DNA from: Azolla caroliniana
Lineage: Eukaryota > Plantae > Polypodiophyta
Length of the DNA: 64,000 bases
NCBI GenBank assembly: GCA_043228905.1
Contig: JBHGNT010000010.1
Span: 6,882,001 to 6,946,000 of the forward strand
Direction of reading: 5' to 3'
The position numbers and the translations under genes were made by a program. Of the stretch, positions 45,230-57,345 are shown in pieces; the stretch's first letter is position 1; the number at the start of each line of letters is the position of its first letter. The notes under the pieces are model-generated. The model saw nothing but the letters and a program-made list of their open reading frames with translations, was not told the origin of the DNA and did not search any database.

Positions 45230-47271
45230 TGACAAAGTTGGGAATGAAACCATTTGATGGAGCAAAAGAAGATGATATCTGATCTTTCAATCAACTTGGG
45301 TTGGTGATTATGACCAAATTACACTTTCATACTCGTAACGACATTGGAAAGATGTATTTTAATCTTGTGATACAACTTGGAATCGATGATGATGACAACC
45401 AACACTTTTTATCTGGGATACAGGGCTGAAGCTGATTAATGCGAAGATTAAGATGGCTTTTGCTGAAATTATATGTCCGAATTTATAGCTCACACCTTTG
45501 TTAAAATCTTCTCTTATCAAGAAGCTTTTATAAGGAGTCGAAAACCATGTTTTGAACTTGCCAGATGTTATGAGAAGATTGCAATGGTGTATTTCGGGGG
45601 GGTTTGAATGAGAACCTCTTTTTGACACCATAGATGAAATCATGACAGATTATGTCCTCCACTATGCACCTTTTGTAGATTATCTTTCCTTGTATATCAG
45701 AGACAAAATAAACTCTTTAGGATTTGAGATGCATCTCAAGATGGATGGACATACAACAATGATATGAATCTATATACCTTATTTGATATGCTACATGATT
45801 GAAGCCATCTTTGTAAGGCAAGATGTTATGCCTTCGGTGGTGAGTGCCACACAACATTGAAATTTAAGATATAATTATAACACAAATAGTATGGTAATGT
45901 TTGCTATAAAGCTTGTAAATCAGAATTATAGGTTGAAGTCTGGATACATTGTTTATGTATTTACCTTAAAGGCTTAATAACTGCAAACCTAATACCTCCT
46001 GATTTGTACAACCATATTCATGATTTGTACAACAAGTGTTTCAAGGATTGGTCATAGATGAAAATGATGAAATTTGAAATGCAATAGAATTAAGACTTTG
46101 ATGATATGGTACATTTGCTGAGGATTTTGTTGAAATCAGCACCTCTAGTTAGAACAAATTGAAGTTATTTGAGATTTAAGTGTGATTTAAAAGATGGGAA
46201 GAGCAATCTTATGGCTATAGAACAAATTAGGTGACAATAGTAGCAAGAATGGATTGACCCAGGGAGGATAATTGGATTGAAATGTCAACATATGTGGAGC
46301 AAATAGTTTGTGGAAAATATTAGTTGACAAAAGTAGAATGAATGGATTAACCCACTAAGGATAATTGTATTGGAAGGTCGAACCATGGAGCGGAACGGTT
46401 GAAGTTGCCATGGAAAAGAGGAGAAAGTACATAAGGTTTGAGCCAAATCTAGAGAAAGTTGACACCAAATGTGTTAAAATGAAATTTGTATCAAGCTTTT
46501 TAGTCAAGACCCATGAGTTAATTTGGCCACTAAAGAAGAAGAAATAAGATGAAATTCGAGGATTAGAAAGTTAATATTGTTCAATTTTTATGTTCCACTA
46601 CCCTAGATGTGCCGTTTTGTTTAGTAAAGTATGTGACATACTTAAGTTTCAATTTAATGCATATTCTCATCTACTGTCATTTTGATTAGTGCATATGCAC
46701 AAATGGAAAGCAACTCTTTTGTTGGATCGATATTCTCTGTTTCTTTAAGGTATATGATATCTTGTTCAAGCTTCCATAAATTGCATGCTCTCTTGTTCCT
46801 TATCTAATTCATAAATGTATGTATTCTCATTTGAGTGTTCCTTATGTAAACGAACGTGAACGTGTGCTCCGAATGAAGTTGATCTTCTTTCTCAAACATG
46901 TTTGTTATATCTTATGGTGAGGTGTACACTTGCTATATGATCTCTTAGATGTAATAGGACAACAAGACCTTTCTTTTTTAATGAAGTTTCTCCTCTTTCT
47001 CAAAAAAAATTGGCTCTTTACAACAATGGTGGTGTGCTCTCTCACAAAAGCGGGATGGTAATCATCCACTAGTCTTAGTCAGGAAAACGAGAACCATATC
47101 TTTTCTCGTAGACAATATCTATATCTCTCTATTTTTGTCAATCACTAACAAGTTACGCGTTACAACAATCATTAGCTCAAATATGCCAAAGGCAAAGGTC
47201 AAAGATGCCATTATAAAAATTGCTTAAAGGTATGAATAATTATAGATTAGGATGATTAGAGTTATCAACTT

Positions 47272-47345
47272 GACCGCGTAGCGCAGTGGATTAGCGCGTT
47301 GGACTTCGGATCCAAAGGTCGTGGGTTCGAATCCCATCGTGGTCG
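47272..47345 (+). tRNA. trnR-UCG: tRNA-Arg (anticodon UCG)
   Basis: Acceptor stem GACCGCG/CGTGGTC, D-arm GCGC...GCGC, anticodon arm TTGGA-CT-TCG-GA-TCCAA, T-arm GTGGG-TTCGAAT-CCCAT, upstream CAA, downstream TTTT. Confidence 0.97.
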
Positions 47346-49064
47346 GTATTTTACCATTATTACAATTGGTGATCTCCCAAGTAAAATCACTTTATCCTTT
47401 TTAACTTCACAAAGGGATTCTATTAATTAATACCCCCCCCCCCCCCCCCCAACTCCTTGTTGCTTATATTAAAATTGTATATGACATATCAATGTAAGCT
47501 CATTGTTTACCCTAATCCCTAAAAAGGCCAATGAAACTCTTCTTTGGTTGCCATTACTCCCCAAACTGTATCCTTGTTCGAAATTATGGAACAAATGTCT
47601 CTTTCTGAGAACCAAGAGTTTTCAACAAGGGAGTGCACCATGATTAGGGTTTCAATGAGCCACCTAGGTTACCTAACCTTTGGGCTTACACTTAACTCAT
47701 TATCTTTTGTGCACTCCATTATTTGATAAGAACGCAGTGGGAGCACGTAAGTTATTTGTTGATGGAACAAAATCCAACATAGAGGTTATTAGCTATCTAA
47801 TGTACTCATTGTCTTCGATCATATGCCACATAACTTGTGAAAGGCACAATATTTGAGGGTACTTGGATTTACTCAAAAGAATGTTGAAATTTCATAGAAT
47901 TGCTTGTGTACTCATATATATGTATGCTTGGGATTTGAACCCTTGCACTAGATTTACTCAAAAGAATGTTGAAATTTCACAAAATTGATTGTATATTCTT
48001 ATGTTTATGCTTGGGATTTGGACCATTGCACCGACGACATGAATCCAAGTTGCATATGCCTTTGAATAATTGTTTATGAGTTCGTGTAACAGAAATTGGT
48101 TTGTGAATGATTTAAGTTTGACCAAGATTTTCCAATCATTGCATTGATGATGTGAAAGCCAAGTTGAAATGTGGGTTTGAACCTTTGATCTTCGAGAGCC
48201 AAGATATTTCTTGAATTAGAGGGTTTTCAGTTTGTTGTTGGCATTAGAGTTAAAAAGAAAAAACACAATAGAGGAGTGCATAGAAACCCTAACCAAACAA
48301 TATCTTGTGGGTTTGGTTTCTAGATAGAATCTCGAAACATGTTGTTATTTGTTTTCTAATGTTGATAGGTTGAAAAATGCAAGAGCATCACTTGGCAATG
48401 GAGCCATATTGTGGTTGTCATATAAACAATCTATTGTGGCATTGAATTGCACAAGTGTTGAGTACCAAAGCTTTGTATGACATCCCTAATGATTAATAAG
48501 AGCCATGGAAACAAAAAAAACAAGTGAACATACATCAATCAAATGATGGGAATGATATATGGAGGGAGCTTAATAAAGTAGATGGGAACGCATCAATCAA
48601 ATTATATGAAGAGAACAAACGAGATTCTAGCTATGATATTAGTTGAAGTTGTATCTATTAATTAGTTTGCATTGTTTGAAGTTTCAAATAAAGTCCATCC
48701 TCCCTTTATGCTATGTCAAAATGGTTGTGAATGAATTTCAATTTTATTTAATTTTTTTGAATGAATGTCTTTTTTACTTAGGTTATGAATGCCTTTCTAT
48801 TTTTCTTATTATCAATAGTCATAGAGATAATCATGCTCAACAAGTCAATTGTTATAGCGTATGCATTGCCTCAAATTGAAGTTAAAAAGAACTTTTATGC
48901 TTTAAGTGCATATCATCACTGTAGAATGGTTATAAAAGAGTTTATATTTTCGTCGCAATTATGAATGTTCCAATTTTCCTCATTATTTGTAGTTATTGTT
49001 GGGATTACGGTCCCTCCGGATGGGATGTCCGGAGATGAATGACGGCAAGCCCGGAGACCGTTAC

Positions 49065-49194
49065 GGAGCCGGATGATGAAGAGTACCCGGCTACGGAGCC
49101 GGATGATGAAGACCCCGGCTACGGAGCCGGATGATGAAGACCCCGGCTACGGAGCCGGATGATGAAGACCCCGGCTACGGAGCCGGATGATGTA
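49065..49194 (+). repeat. 28-bp tandem array (about 4.5 copies) in U3 of D; also at 53851-53980
   Basis: Unit GGAGCCGGATGATGAAGACCCCGGCTAC. Confidence 0.93.
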
Positions 49195-49695
49195 TGTACC
49201 CGGAGCGAGATCCGGATGCGGGGACATATTTGTGAATATGTTTGCCAAGAGCCCTTGAGGTTATATTTGTAAATAGCCCGAAAGTCATATGCGTATAAAT
49301 ATGACTTAGGGCAAACAGTTTTACTGTTGTTGCTCATTTTTCCCATGCGAAGTGAGAGCAGCCGAGAGAGAGAGAGAGATAGAGCGCGAGAGAGACGAAG
49401 AGGTAGACGCCTCTGTGTACTTCCGCCGCCTGTGGCGAGGACAGCGAGCTCAAGGTCGTTGCCTTGCAGCTCGCCATTGTATATTTCTCTGTGCATAGTT
49501 TGGTTCGGAGTCTCGCACTCCCGTGGTTTTTTCCCGTATAGGGTTTTCCACGTTAATCCCTGTGTATCGCGTCTTTCTCTGTATTTCCTATTTTCTGCTA
49601 CATTGATCCGCGATTAATCGGCTGTGGCCGAGAGAAGAAGGTGAATCCAAGCGGTGATTCCCAACAAACTGGTATCAGAGCGACTGTTGCAGAAA

Positions 49696-52600
49696 ATGGA
49701 AGGCGGCGGCAGCGGGCAGCCGATGATGATGGTGCTGAATGCACAAAATTACGCCGACTGGAAGATCAAGATGGAGGATCTTCTGATTGTTCGGGACCTG
49801 TACGAACCGATTGACAGGTCGGAAATACCGAAAGGGGTACTTGAGTCGGAGTGGAAGCTCCTGAACCGGAAAGCCGTAGCGACGATCCGACAATATGTCG
49901 ACGTAAGCGTCCTACAACATGTGGCGAACGACACCAACGCATACGAAATGTGGAAGAAGCTGTCGGGCCTCTATGAGAGGAAGAATGCGTTGAACCGGAC
50001 CTCCCTGATGAGGAAGATAGTGAATCTCAAGTACCGGGACGGCGAGAGTATGGTGGAACACGTAAGCACGTTCATGGGATTCGTGAACCAGCTTGCGGCG
50101 ATCAAGTTCCCGTTGGAGGATGCAATGCAAGCCATCATCCTGATGTGTACATTGCCGGACAGCTGGGAGAACTTGGTGGTGACTCTCAGCACCTCCTGCA
50201 CGGAAGACAACTTGTCCCTACAAACGGTAAAGACAAGTATTTTGAACGAAGAAGCGCGTCGGAGAGACAAAGAACCGGCCTCCGACTCGAAGGCGCTGCT
50301 TACCGAATCGGAACGGGGAAGACACTGGAACCGGAGTCCGCAAAGACGGGAGAAGTCGGGGACCCGGTCGCAGTCAAGAGGAAGGCCCACGTGCTTCCAC
50401 TGTGGGAAGCCGGGGCACTTCCGGAAGAATTGTCGGCATTACCGAAAGGACAACGGAGCCGACGATACCGATTCGAAGAAGTCACCGGAGAGAAACGGTG
50501 CATACCGGGGAGCAACGGACCGGAGAGGTTCGGATCGGCGAGGGCAGGACCGGAAAGGAACAACGGCACTCGCGGCAAGTGAGGAAGAAATCATGCTCAT
50601 CACCGAAGAAGGTGAACTAAACATTGCCGGCGATGAGACGACCTGGGTGGTCGATTCCGGAGCATCGTTCCACCTGACCCCGGAGAGAAGATACTTCTCA
50701 TCCTACACAGCCGGTGAGCATGGCTGTGTTCGGATGGGAAATGAAGGTACGTGCCGGATTGCCGGCATAGGAGACGTGTGGTTAACAACCCCGACCGGAT
50801 GCAAAATGCTGCTGAAGGATGTCCGACACGTTCCGGAGGTTCGATTGAACCTGATTTCGGCCGGGAGGCTAGATGATGAAGGCTACACGGGTAGCATCCG
50901 GAACGGTGTCATGAAGTTCAGCAAGGGGAGCTTGATAGTGGCTCGGGCCCGGAAGGTCAACACACTGTACCTGATGAATGCCTGGTTATGTCCGGAAGAG
51001 CTGAATGTGGCAGCCGACACTGCCGGTGAGCTGTGGCACAAAAGACTGTGCCACATGAGTGAGAAGGGGATGAAGAGGCTTGCAGAAGACAACCTTATTC
51101 CAGTGAAGCATGTGCACCTGGAGAAGTGCACCGATTGCCTGGCCGGTAAGCAGAACCGAACCTCCTTCCACTCAAGGCCACCGACGAGACGTAACGCACC
51201 ATTGGAGTTGGTGCACACCGATGTGTGTCAGGTAGAAACGAAGTCACATGGCGGAGCCCAGTACTTCGTAACTTTCATAGATGATCATAGCCGAAGACTG
51301 TGGACGGCACCGATGAAGACAAAGGACCAAGTGTTGTCCGTCTTCAAAGAACTCCACGCGAGAGTGGAAAGGGAATCCGGCAAGAAGCTGAAAGCGATAC
51401 GAGCGGATAACGGAGGGGAATACCGGGGGCAGTTCCAGGAGTACTGTCGCTCGAAGGGAATCCGACTCGAGTTTACTGTGCCGAAGACGCCGGAACTGAA
51501 CGGGCTGGCCGAGAGGATGAACCGGACCATAATGGAGAGGGTCCGGAGTATGCTGGCGCATGCGAAATTACCCAAGGGGTTTTGGGCTGAGGCAATGTCG
51601 ACGGCGACATATGTGATAAACAGATCACCCTCAGTACCTTTGGACGGAGACACGCCGCAGAGAGTGTGGACCGGTAAGGAAGTATCCTACCGGCATCTGA
51701 AGGTGTTCGGGTGTCTCGCATACGTGCATGTGGCAAAGGACCGGAGAGGAAAGCTAGATCCAAAGACCCGGCCATGCATATTCCTCGGTTACGGCGACGA
51801 CGAGTTCGGCTACCGAGTATGGGACCCGGTCGACAAGAAGATATTCAGGAGTCGAGACATCATCTTCATGGAGGACAAGACACTCGCCGACTGGGAGTCG
51901 GAGAAGAAGATGAAGAGCTCCAAGTCGACCGGTGAGGATCAACTCTACGAGGAGCAGTCCCGACCGGCAAGGGACCGGTTAGCACTCGAGGACCCGGCCG
52001 AAGACGGTGAAGAAACAGAACCGGCCGAAGAAGATGAAAATGATACCGGAACCGGCCCCGATCCCGAAATGGATTCGGATGAAGAAGAAGAATCGGAAGA
52101 ACCGGTTACCGAAGCTCCCGAACGGAGATATCCTCTAAGAGAGAGGAGAGCCCCCCGGAGATTTCCGGAACCAGAGCACGTGCTGCTAACCGACGAGGGG
52201 GAGCCGGAGAGCTTTGAAGAAGCAAAGCATGACACCCAGAGCCGCAGGTGGTTGAGTGCCATGCAGGACGAGATGGATTCCCTGCATGAGAACCACACAT
52301 ATGAACTTGTGGAGTTGCCGAAAGGAAAGCGGGCACTTCGAAACAAGTGGGTGTTCAAGCTGAAACCGGGAGATGCCGGAAACCCCCCGAGATACAAAGC
52401 CAGGATCGTGGTGAAGGGGTTTCAGCAGAAGAAGGGCGTCGACTTCGACGAGATATTTGCCCCGGTAGTGAAGATGACCTCCATCCGGACGGTGCTGAGC
52501 ATAGCGGCAAGCATGGACCTCGAGGTAGAACAGATGGACGTGAAGACGGCATTCCTTCACGGTGACCTCGAAGAAGAGATCTACATGCAGCAACCGGAAG

Positions 52601-53772
52601 GATTCGAGAAGAAAGGGAAGGAGCACCTGGTATGCCGGTTGAAGAAGAGCCTTTACGGACTGAAGCAGGCTCCCCGGCAATGGTACCGGAAATTCGACTC
52701 CTTCATGACCGACGAAGGGTACCTCAAAACGCAGTCTGACCACTGCGTGTTTGTGAAGAAGTTCGAAGGAGGAGACTTCCTAATACTCCTCCTGTACGTG
52801 GACGACATGTTGATCGTCGGACGGGACCAGGTCAAGATACGGATGCTGAAGAAGGCTCTTCACCGAACCTTCTCAATGAAGGACTTGGGTCCGGCGAGGC
52901 AAATACTAGGGATGCACATCATCCGGGACCGGAGCAAGAAGCAGTTGTGGCTGTCACAAGAGAAGTACGTGACAAAGGTGCTTCAACGGTTCAACATGTC
53001 GGAAGCAAGACCGGTCGGATCAACCCTACCGGCAAACTGCAAGTTGTCCAGCAAGCAAAGTCCCAAGACAAAGGCTGAAAAGGAGGATATGATGAAAGTG
53101 CCGTATGCCTCAGCTGTCGGGAGCCTGATGTACGCCATGGTGTGTACGAGACCGGACATCGGATACGCAGTCGGAGTGGTGAGCCGGTACATGAGCAATC
53201 CCGGCAAAGAGCATTGGAACGCGGTCAAGTGGATACTTCGATACCTGAAGGGCACGGCAAACGTGTGCCTCCGATTCGGCTCCGGTAAGTCCGAACTCGA
53301 CGGCTTCACCGATTCGGATATGTCGGCTGATGCAGATACCAGCCGGTCCACATCAGGGTATGTGATGACTTATGCAGGGGGAGCCGTTTCGTGGCAGTCG
53401 AGGCTGCAGAAGACGGTTGCGTTGTCAACCACGGAGGCGGAGTACATGGCAGCTGTTGAAGCCGGCAAGGAAATAATATGGATGAAGAACTTCATTAGAG
53501 AGCTCGGGATCCGGCAGGAGGAGTACCGACTCTACTGCGATAGTCAGAGTGCCATCCACCTTGCAAAGAACGCGGCCTATCACTCCCGGACGAAGCACAT
53601 CCAGCGAAGATATCACTGGATCCGGGAAAGGATAGAAGACAAGGAGTTCGTGCTGACAAAGATCCACACGGACGAGAACGGGTCGGATATGCTGACCAAG
53701 GTCCTCACACCCGACAAGCTGGAAGCATGCCGGAAGAGGATCGGATTGGAGAGACATCCCATGCCGAAGTGA
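49696..53772 (+). CDS. Copia Gag-Pol polyprotein of D
   Basis: CFHCGKPGHFRKNC; WVVDSGASFH; WHKRLCH...CTDC; VHTD, ADNGGEY, NGLAER; MDVKTAFLHG, SLYGLKQ, LYVDDML; TDSD, TEAEY, CDSQSA, SDMLTK. Confidence 0.97.
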   Translation: MEGGGSGQPMMMVLNAQNYADWKIKMEDLLIVRDLYEPIDRSEIPKGVLESEWKLLNRKAVATIRQYVDVSVLQHVANDTNAYEMWKKLSGLYERKNALNRTSLMRKIVNLKYRDGESMVEHVSTFMGFVNQLAAIKFPLEDAMQAIILMCTLPDSWENLVVTLSTSCTEDNLSLQTVKTSILNEEARRRDKEPASDSKALLTESERGRHWNRSPQRREKSGTRSQSRGRPTCFHCGKPGHFRKNCRHYRKDNGADDTDSKKSPERNGAYRGATDRRGSDRRGQDRKGTTALAASEEEIMLITEEGELNIAGDETTWVVDSGASFHLTPERRYFSSYTAGEHGCVRMGNEGTCRIAGIGDVWLTTPTGCKMLLKDVRHVPEVRLNLISAGRLDDEGYTGSIRNGVMKFSKGSLIVARARKVNTLYLMNAWLCPEELNVAADTAGELWHKRLCHMSEKGMKRLAEDNLIPVKHVHLEKCTDCLAGKQNRTSFHSRPPTRRNAPLELVHTDVCQVETKSHGGAQYFVTFIDDHSRRLWTAPMKTKDQVLSVFKELHARVERESGKKLKAIRADNGGEYRGQFQEYCRSKGIRLEFTVPKTPELNGLAERMNRTIMERVRSMLAHAKLPKGFWAEAMSTATYVINRSPSVPLDGDTPQRVWTGKEVSYRHLKVFGCLAYVHVAKDRRGKLDPKTRPCIFLGYGDDEFGYRVWDPVDKKIFRSRDIIFMEDKTLADWESEKKMKSSKSTGEDQLYEEQSRPARDRLALEDPAEDGEETEPAEEDENDTGTGPDPEMDSDEEEESEEPVTEAPERRYPLRERRAPRRFPEPEHVLLTDEGEPESFEEAKHDTQSRRWLSAMQDEMDSLHENHTYELVELPKGKRALRNKWVFKLKPGDAGNPPRYKARIVVKGFQQKKGVDFDEIFAPVVKMTSIRTVLSIAASMDLEVEQMDVKTAFLHGDLEEEIYMQQPEGFEKKGKEHLVCRLKKSLYGLKQAPRQWYRKFDSFMTDEGYLKTQSDHCVFVKKFEGGDFLILLLYVDDMLIVGRDQVKIRMLKKALHRTFSMKDLGPARQILGMHIIRDRSKKQLWLSQEKYVTKVLQRFNMSEARPVGSTLPANCKLSSKQSPKTKAEKEDMMKVPYASAVGSLMYAMVCTRPDIGYAVGVVSRYMSNPGKEHWNAVKWILRYLKGTANVCLRFGSGKSELDGFTDSDMSADADTSRSTSGYVMTYAGGAVSWQSRLQKTVALSTTEAEYMAAVEAGKEIIWMKNFIRELGIRQEEYRLYCDSQSAIHLAKNAAYHSRTKHIQRRYHWIRERIEDKEFVLTKIHTDENGSDMLTKVLTPDKLEACRKRIGLERHPMPK

Positions 53773-55635
53773 AGGGGGAGTTTGTTGGGATTACGGTCCC
53801 TCCGGATGGGATGTCCGGAGATGAATGACGGCAAGCCCGGAGACCGTTACGGAGCCGGATGATGAAGAGTACCCGGCTACGGAGCCGGATGATGAAGACC
53901 CCGGCTACGGAGCCGGATGATGAAGACCCCGGCTACGGAGCCGGATGATGAAGACCCCGGCTACGGAGCCGGATGATGTATGTACCCGGAGCGAGATCCG
54001 GATGCGGGGACATATTTGTGAATATGTTTGCCAAGAGCCCTTGAGGTTATATTTGTAAATAGCCCGAAAGTCATATGCGTATAAATATGACTTAGGGCAA
54101 ACAGTTTTACTGTTGTTGCTCATTTTTCCCATGCGAAGTGAGAGCAGCCGAGAGAGAGAGAGAGATAGAGCGCGAGAGAGACGAAGAGGTAGACGCCTCT
54201 GTGTACTTCCGCCGCCTGTGGCGAGGACAGCGAGCTCAAGGTCGTTGCCTTGCAGCTCGCCATTGTATATTTCTCTGTGCATAGTTTGGTTCGGAGTCTC
54301 GCACTCCCGTGGTTTTTTCCCGTATAGGGTTTTCCACGTTAATCCCTGTGTATCGCGTCTTTCTCTGTATTTCCTATTTTCTGCTACATTGATCCGCGAT
54401 TAATCGGCTGTGGCCGAGAGAAGAAGGTGAATCCAAGCGGTGATTCCCAACAGTTATAGAGGTCATAATGTGTAACATGAAGCCATTATTAATTACAACT
54501 TGAACCCATGTCTACATACACAAAAGGTAACGTGTCAGATGTCTATTATCACTTCTATAATGTTTAATGAGGAAAATGGCTTGACAATTCTTTACAACGT
54601 AATGTCATGTAATTACACATTATCTTTGTTTTGCAATTCAAATGAGGAAAATGTAAATACTAATATTACAAATTGTTGTAAATGTATTCCTCCTTTAATT
54701 GTAAGAACTTTCAACGACATCCTTTTAACGTGCCAAGATCTACAACTTTTAAAGAAACATGTTTTCTTATATCTAAAAACATTTATTGCAATAGTTTCAC
54801 CCTAACGTTAGCTAATCCACAAAAACATTTTATTTTCATGTTGACATCACTATTAGAACTCTTACACGGAAATTAAAACGTGTTTACAAAATATATGGAG
54901 GGTTTCCTGAAAAGAGCCTCCAGCTACAAATCATAGTGGTGTGATAAATAGATCATTTTGATTCATTTTCGAAGATTATTGGATTTGAGTGGTTAATATA
55001 TAGGTAGTTTATCAAAATTTCCTTAGTTGTTCCTGAACTCTCTAAAAAAAAATTGCTTCTATGTTCAAAATTCACAAGGCACTACTCATTTTTCTAAATT
55101 GTCAAAATATCAGTCTCCTCTACAAGCTCTCCCACTCTCTTTTTATTTCGTGATGTGGTATTTTGCGTTGATGTGGTATTTAGTATTGTCTATGGTGCAA
55201 TCTTTATCATTATGAAAAGTTATATTACCGCTCATCATATTTATGGTTATTCTAATTACCTCATAACACAATGTTATAATAAGAAATAATTGTAATCCTA
55301 GTTATTGTAATTGTAGCCCCACTAATTGAATTTGTAAAGTACTAGCACTTGACTTTTAAGCGTTTGGGGAGTTTGCTTTTTTTACTTGAAGCACAAGAAG
55401 GTGATATTTTTTAAAATATGACTAGTAATTCATATAGATATAAACATACATGGATAGATTTTATTATCGTCCAATGAGGCCAAATAGATTTATGGGACCA
55501 ATGAGTTTTACAATACATTGGACTTGTTTGTAGCAAAACATGGATTGCCATTAAACTCTCATTGTCGAGGACCCAACTGTCATTGTCGAAAGAACGTGTG
55601 CTAGAATGAGGGTGTGGATTGGGGACAAACGGATG

Positions 55636-55666
<31 letters not shown>

Positions 55667-55679
55667 GTTTGGTCCTCAT

Positions 55680-56090
55680 ATGTGTCGACTTATATTTTTG
55701 CTAGGGCAAAATACAACATCTCATGTGACCCTTAGTGATGGGGTTACTCCAATTGTTTTTCTTACTAGATTTGTGCGGCAAGGATGTCCACGAAGTCCGT
55801 TGCTATCTGTTATTGTTACACATTCTTTTTTTGTAATGTTGTCCAATCGTGCAGTTAGCGGTGATATTGTGGGTTTGCATCTTCCTTCTAGTGGACAATT
55901 GGTGGCATAAGCATTAGGTGGTGATTCTTTTTGTTTCTACAAACCTCCGAAGAAAATCTTGAAAGGAGTATGAAAGTTTGGGATCAATTTGCCTTGGCTT
56001 CAGGGTTGCATATAAATTGGGGAAAGTCTCGCCTTATTTATTGTGCAGAGAGCGATTTGGAATGTTTGCGATCGCGAGGGTCAGTGATTT
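55680..56090 (+). mobile_element. Decayed LINE (L1/Tx1-like) reverse transcriptase fragment
   Basis: VRQGCPRSPLL, degenerate ADD region, ASGLHINWGKS. Confidence 0.8.
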
Positions 56091-56537
56091 CACGAAGATC
56101 TGTAAAAGTGAGGTGAAACCACATGGTTTTTAAATAGGGAGAAATATCTCGTGGAGTCAAGTTTGTCACAAAATCCCTTCTTCATTATTATGGATTGTTA
56201 GTCCCTATGAGTCTTGATGATTAATCTAGGTTATCAACTTTTGATGACTTCTTGTAGTAAAATCAATTTCGACAATTCATTTTTTTGTAACTTTACTTGT
56301 AGCATTCAATGTGAAATTCACTAGGTCATAACATAGTTTAGCAATAGATAATTATAAGATTTAAGATTAATACAAATCACAATTATTAAAAGCGTCTTGT
56401 TTACTAGAATTATTTGCAATTAATAATATATGATTTAGAGCTATTAACAGTCAAGGTACGATTTCATGCAAAAAATTTCAAGGCATAGATTTTTGTGAAT
56501 CTTCTAAAATATTAACCACAATAATTATATTCCTTTT

Positions 56538-56752
56538 GATGACCTTCACAATACCTTGATTTATGAACTCCTAAATCCTTTGTTCCATCACATCAAGACA
56601 TAAACTAACCCATCCTTCAATAATACCAATAACACTAAATTATATTCCTAGTGATGACCTCCACAATACCTTGCTTTATGAACTCTCAAATCCTTTGTTC
56701 CATGACATCAAGACATAAACTAACCCATCGTTCAATAACACCAATAGCACTA
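56538..56752. repeat. Diverged tandem duplication (about 115-bp period x2)
   Basis: GATGACCTyCACAATACCTTG...ACCAATArCACTA at 56538 and 56653. Confidence 0.85.
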
Positions 56753-57277
56753 GGTTTGGGTGTAGTTCAGTTTCAGTTTCTTTTCTTGAAACCGAACAAA
56801 AATGAACCAAACCGTTTATGCATAATGAAAACCAAACCAAATGGCTTATGAACTCCCAAGCCATTTAAACCAAACCGTTTAGGCTCAAACCTTTAAAGGA
56901 AAAGGTAAATTGAACCATATAAAAAAGTTGAAACCGAACCGAACCATTTAATCACAAATTTAAACCAAACCAATTAAGTCTAAATAAATAAATAAAAGGT
57001 ATTAAATTAAAAAATCATTAAAGTAAAAAGGAATTTTAGTTAAATTAATTAAATCAGTAAATTAAAAACATTAATTAATGCATTAGGGAAATAAATAAAT
57101 AGGTTAACCATTAAACCGAGCCACTTGAACGTATGAACTGATAAACCCAAGTATTAGAACCAACTGTTTAATAATAATTGAACCAAACCAAGCAATGTAA
57201 TTACATTCAAATTGATAAATCGTTAAACCATGGCTTAACAATTCGGTTTAGTTTGAGCCAAATTGAACCCATAACTA
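56751..57277. mobile_element. Non-autonomous hAT element (MITE-like)
   Basis: Imperfect TIRs TAGGTTTGGGT / ACCCATAACTA; 8-bp TSD AATAGCAC / AATAGGAC (7 of 8); many AAACCG/GAACC motifs. Confidence 0.75.
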
Positions 57278-57345
57278 AATAGGACTAAAGAAAAATAAAT
57301 AAAAAACATCCATATTTTATATGCAAACATATATTGCCTTCACAT

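Larger units (their letters stand above)
48997..54452 (+). mobile_element. Intact Tnt1-like Ty1/copia LTR retrotransposon D
   Basis: 670-bp LTRs 48997-49666 and 53783-54452 that look identical; TSD GTTAT; PBS-Met 49670-49681; PPT GAAGGGGGAG 53771-53780. Confidence 0.98.

Noticed and set aside
49065-49194. U3 repeats as a CRISPR array, hammerhead ribozyme or C/D snoRNA (ATGATGA)
   Set aside because: No unique spacers, no CUGANGA/GAAA core, no D box; plain tandem repeats.
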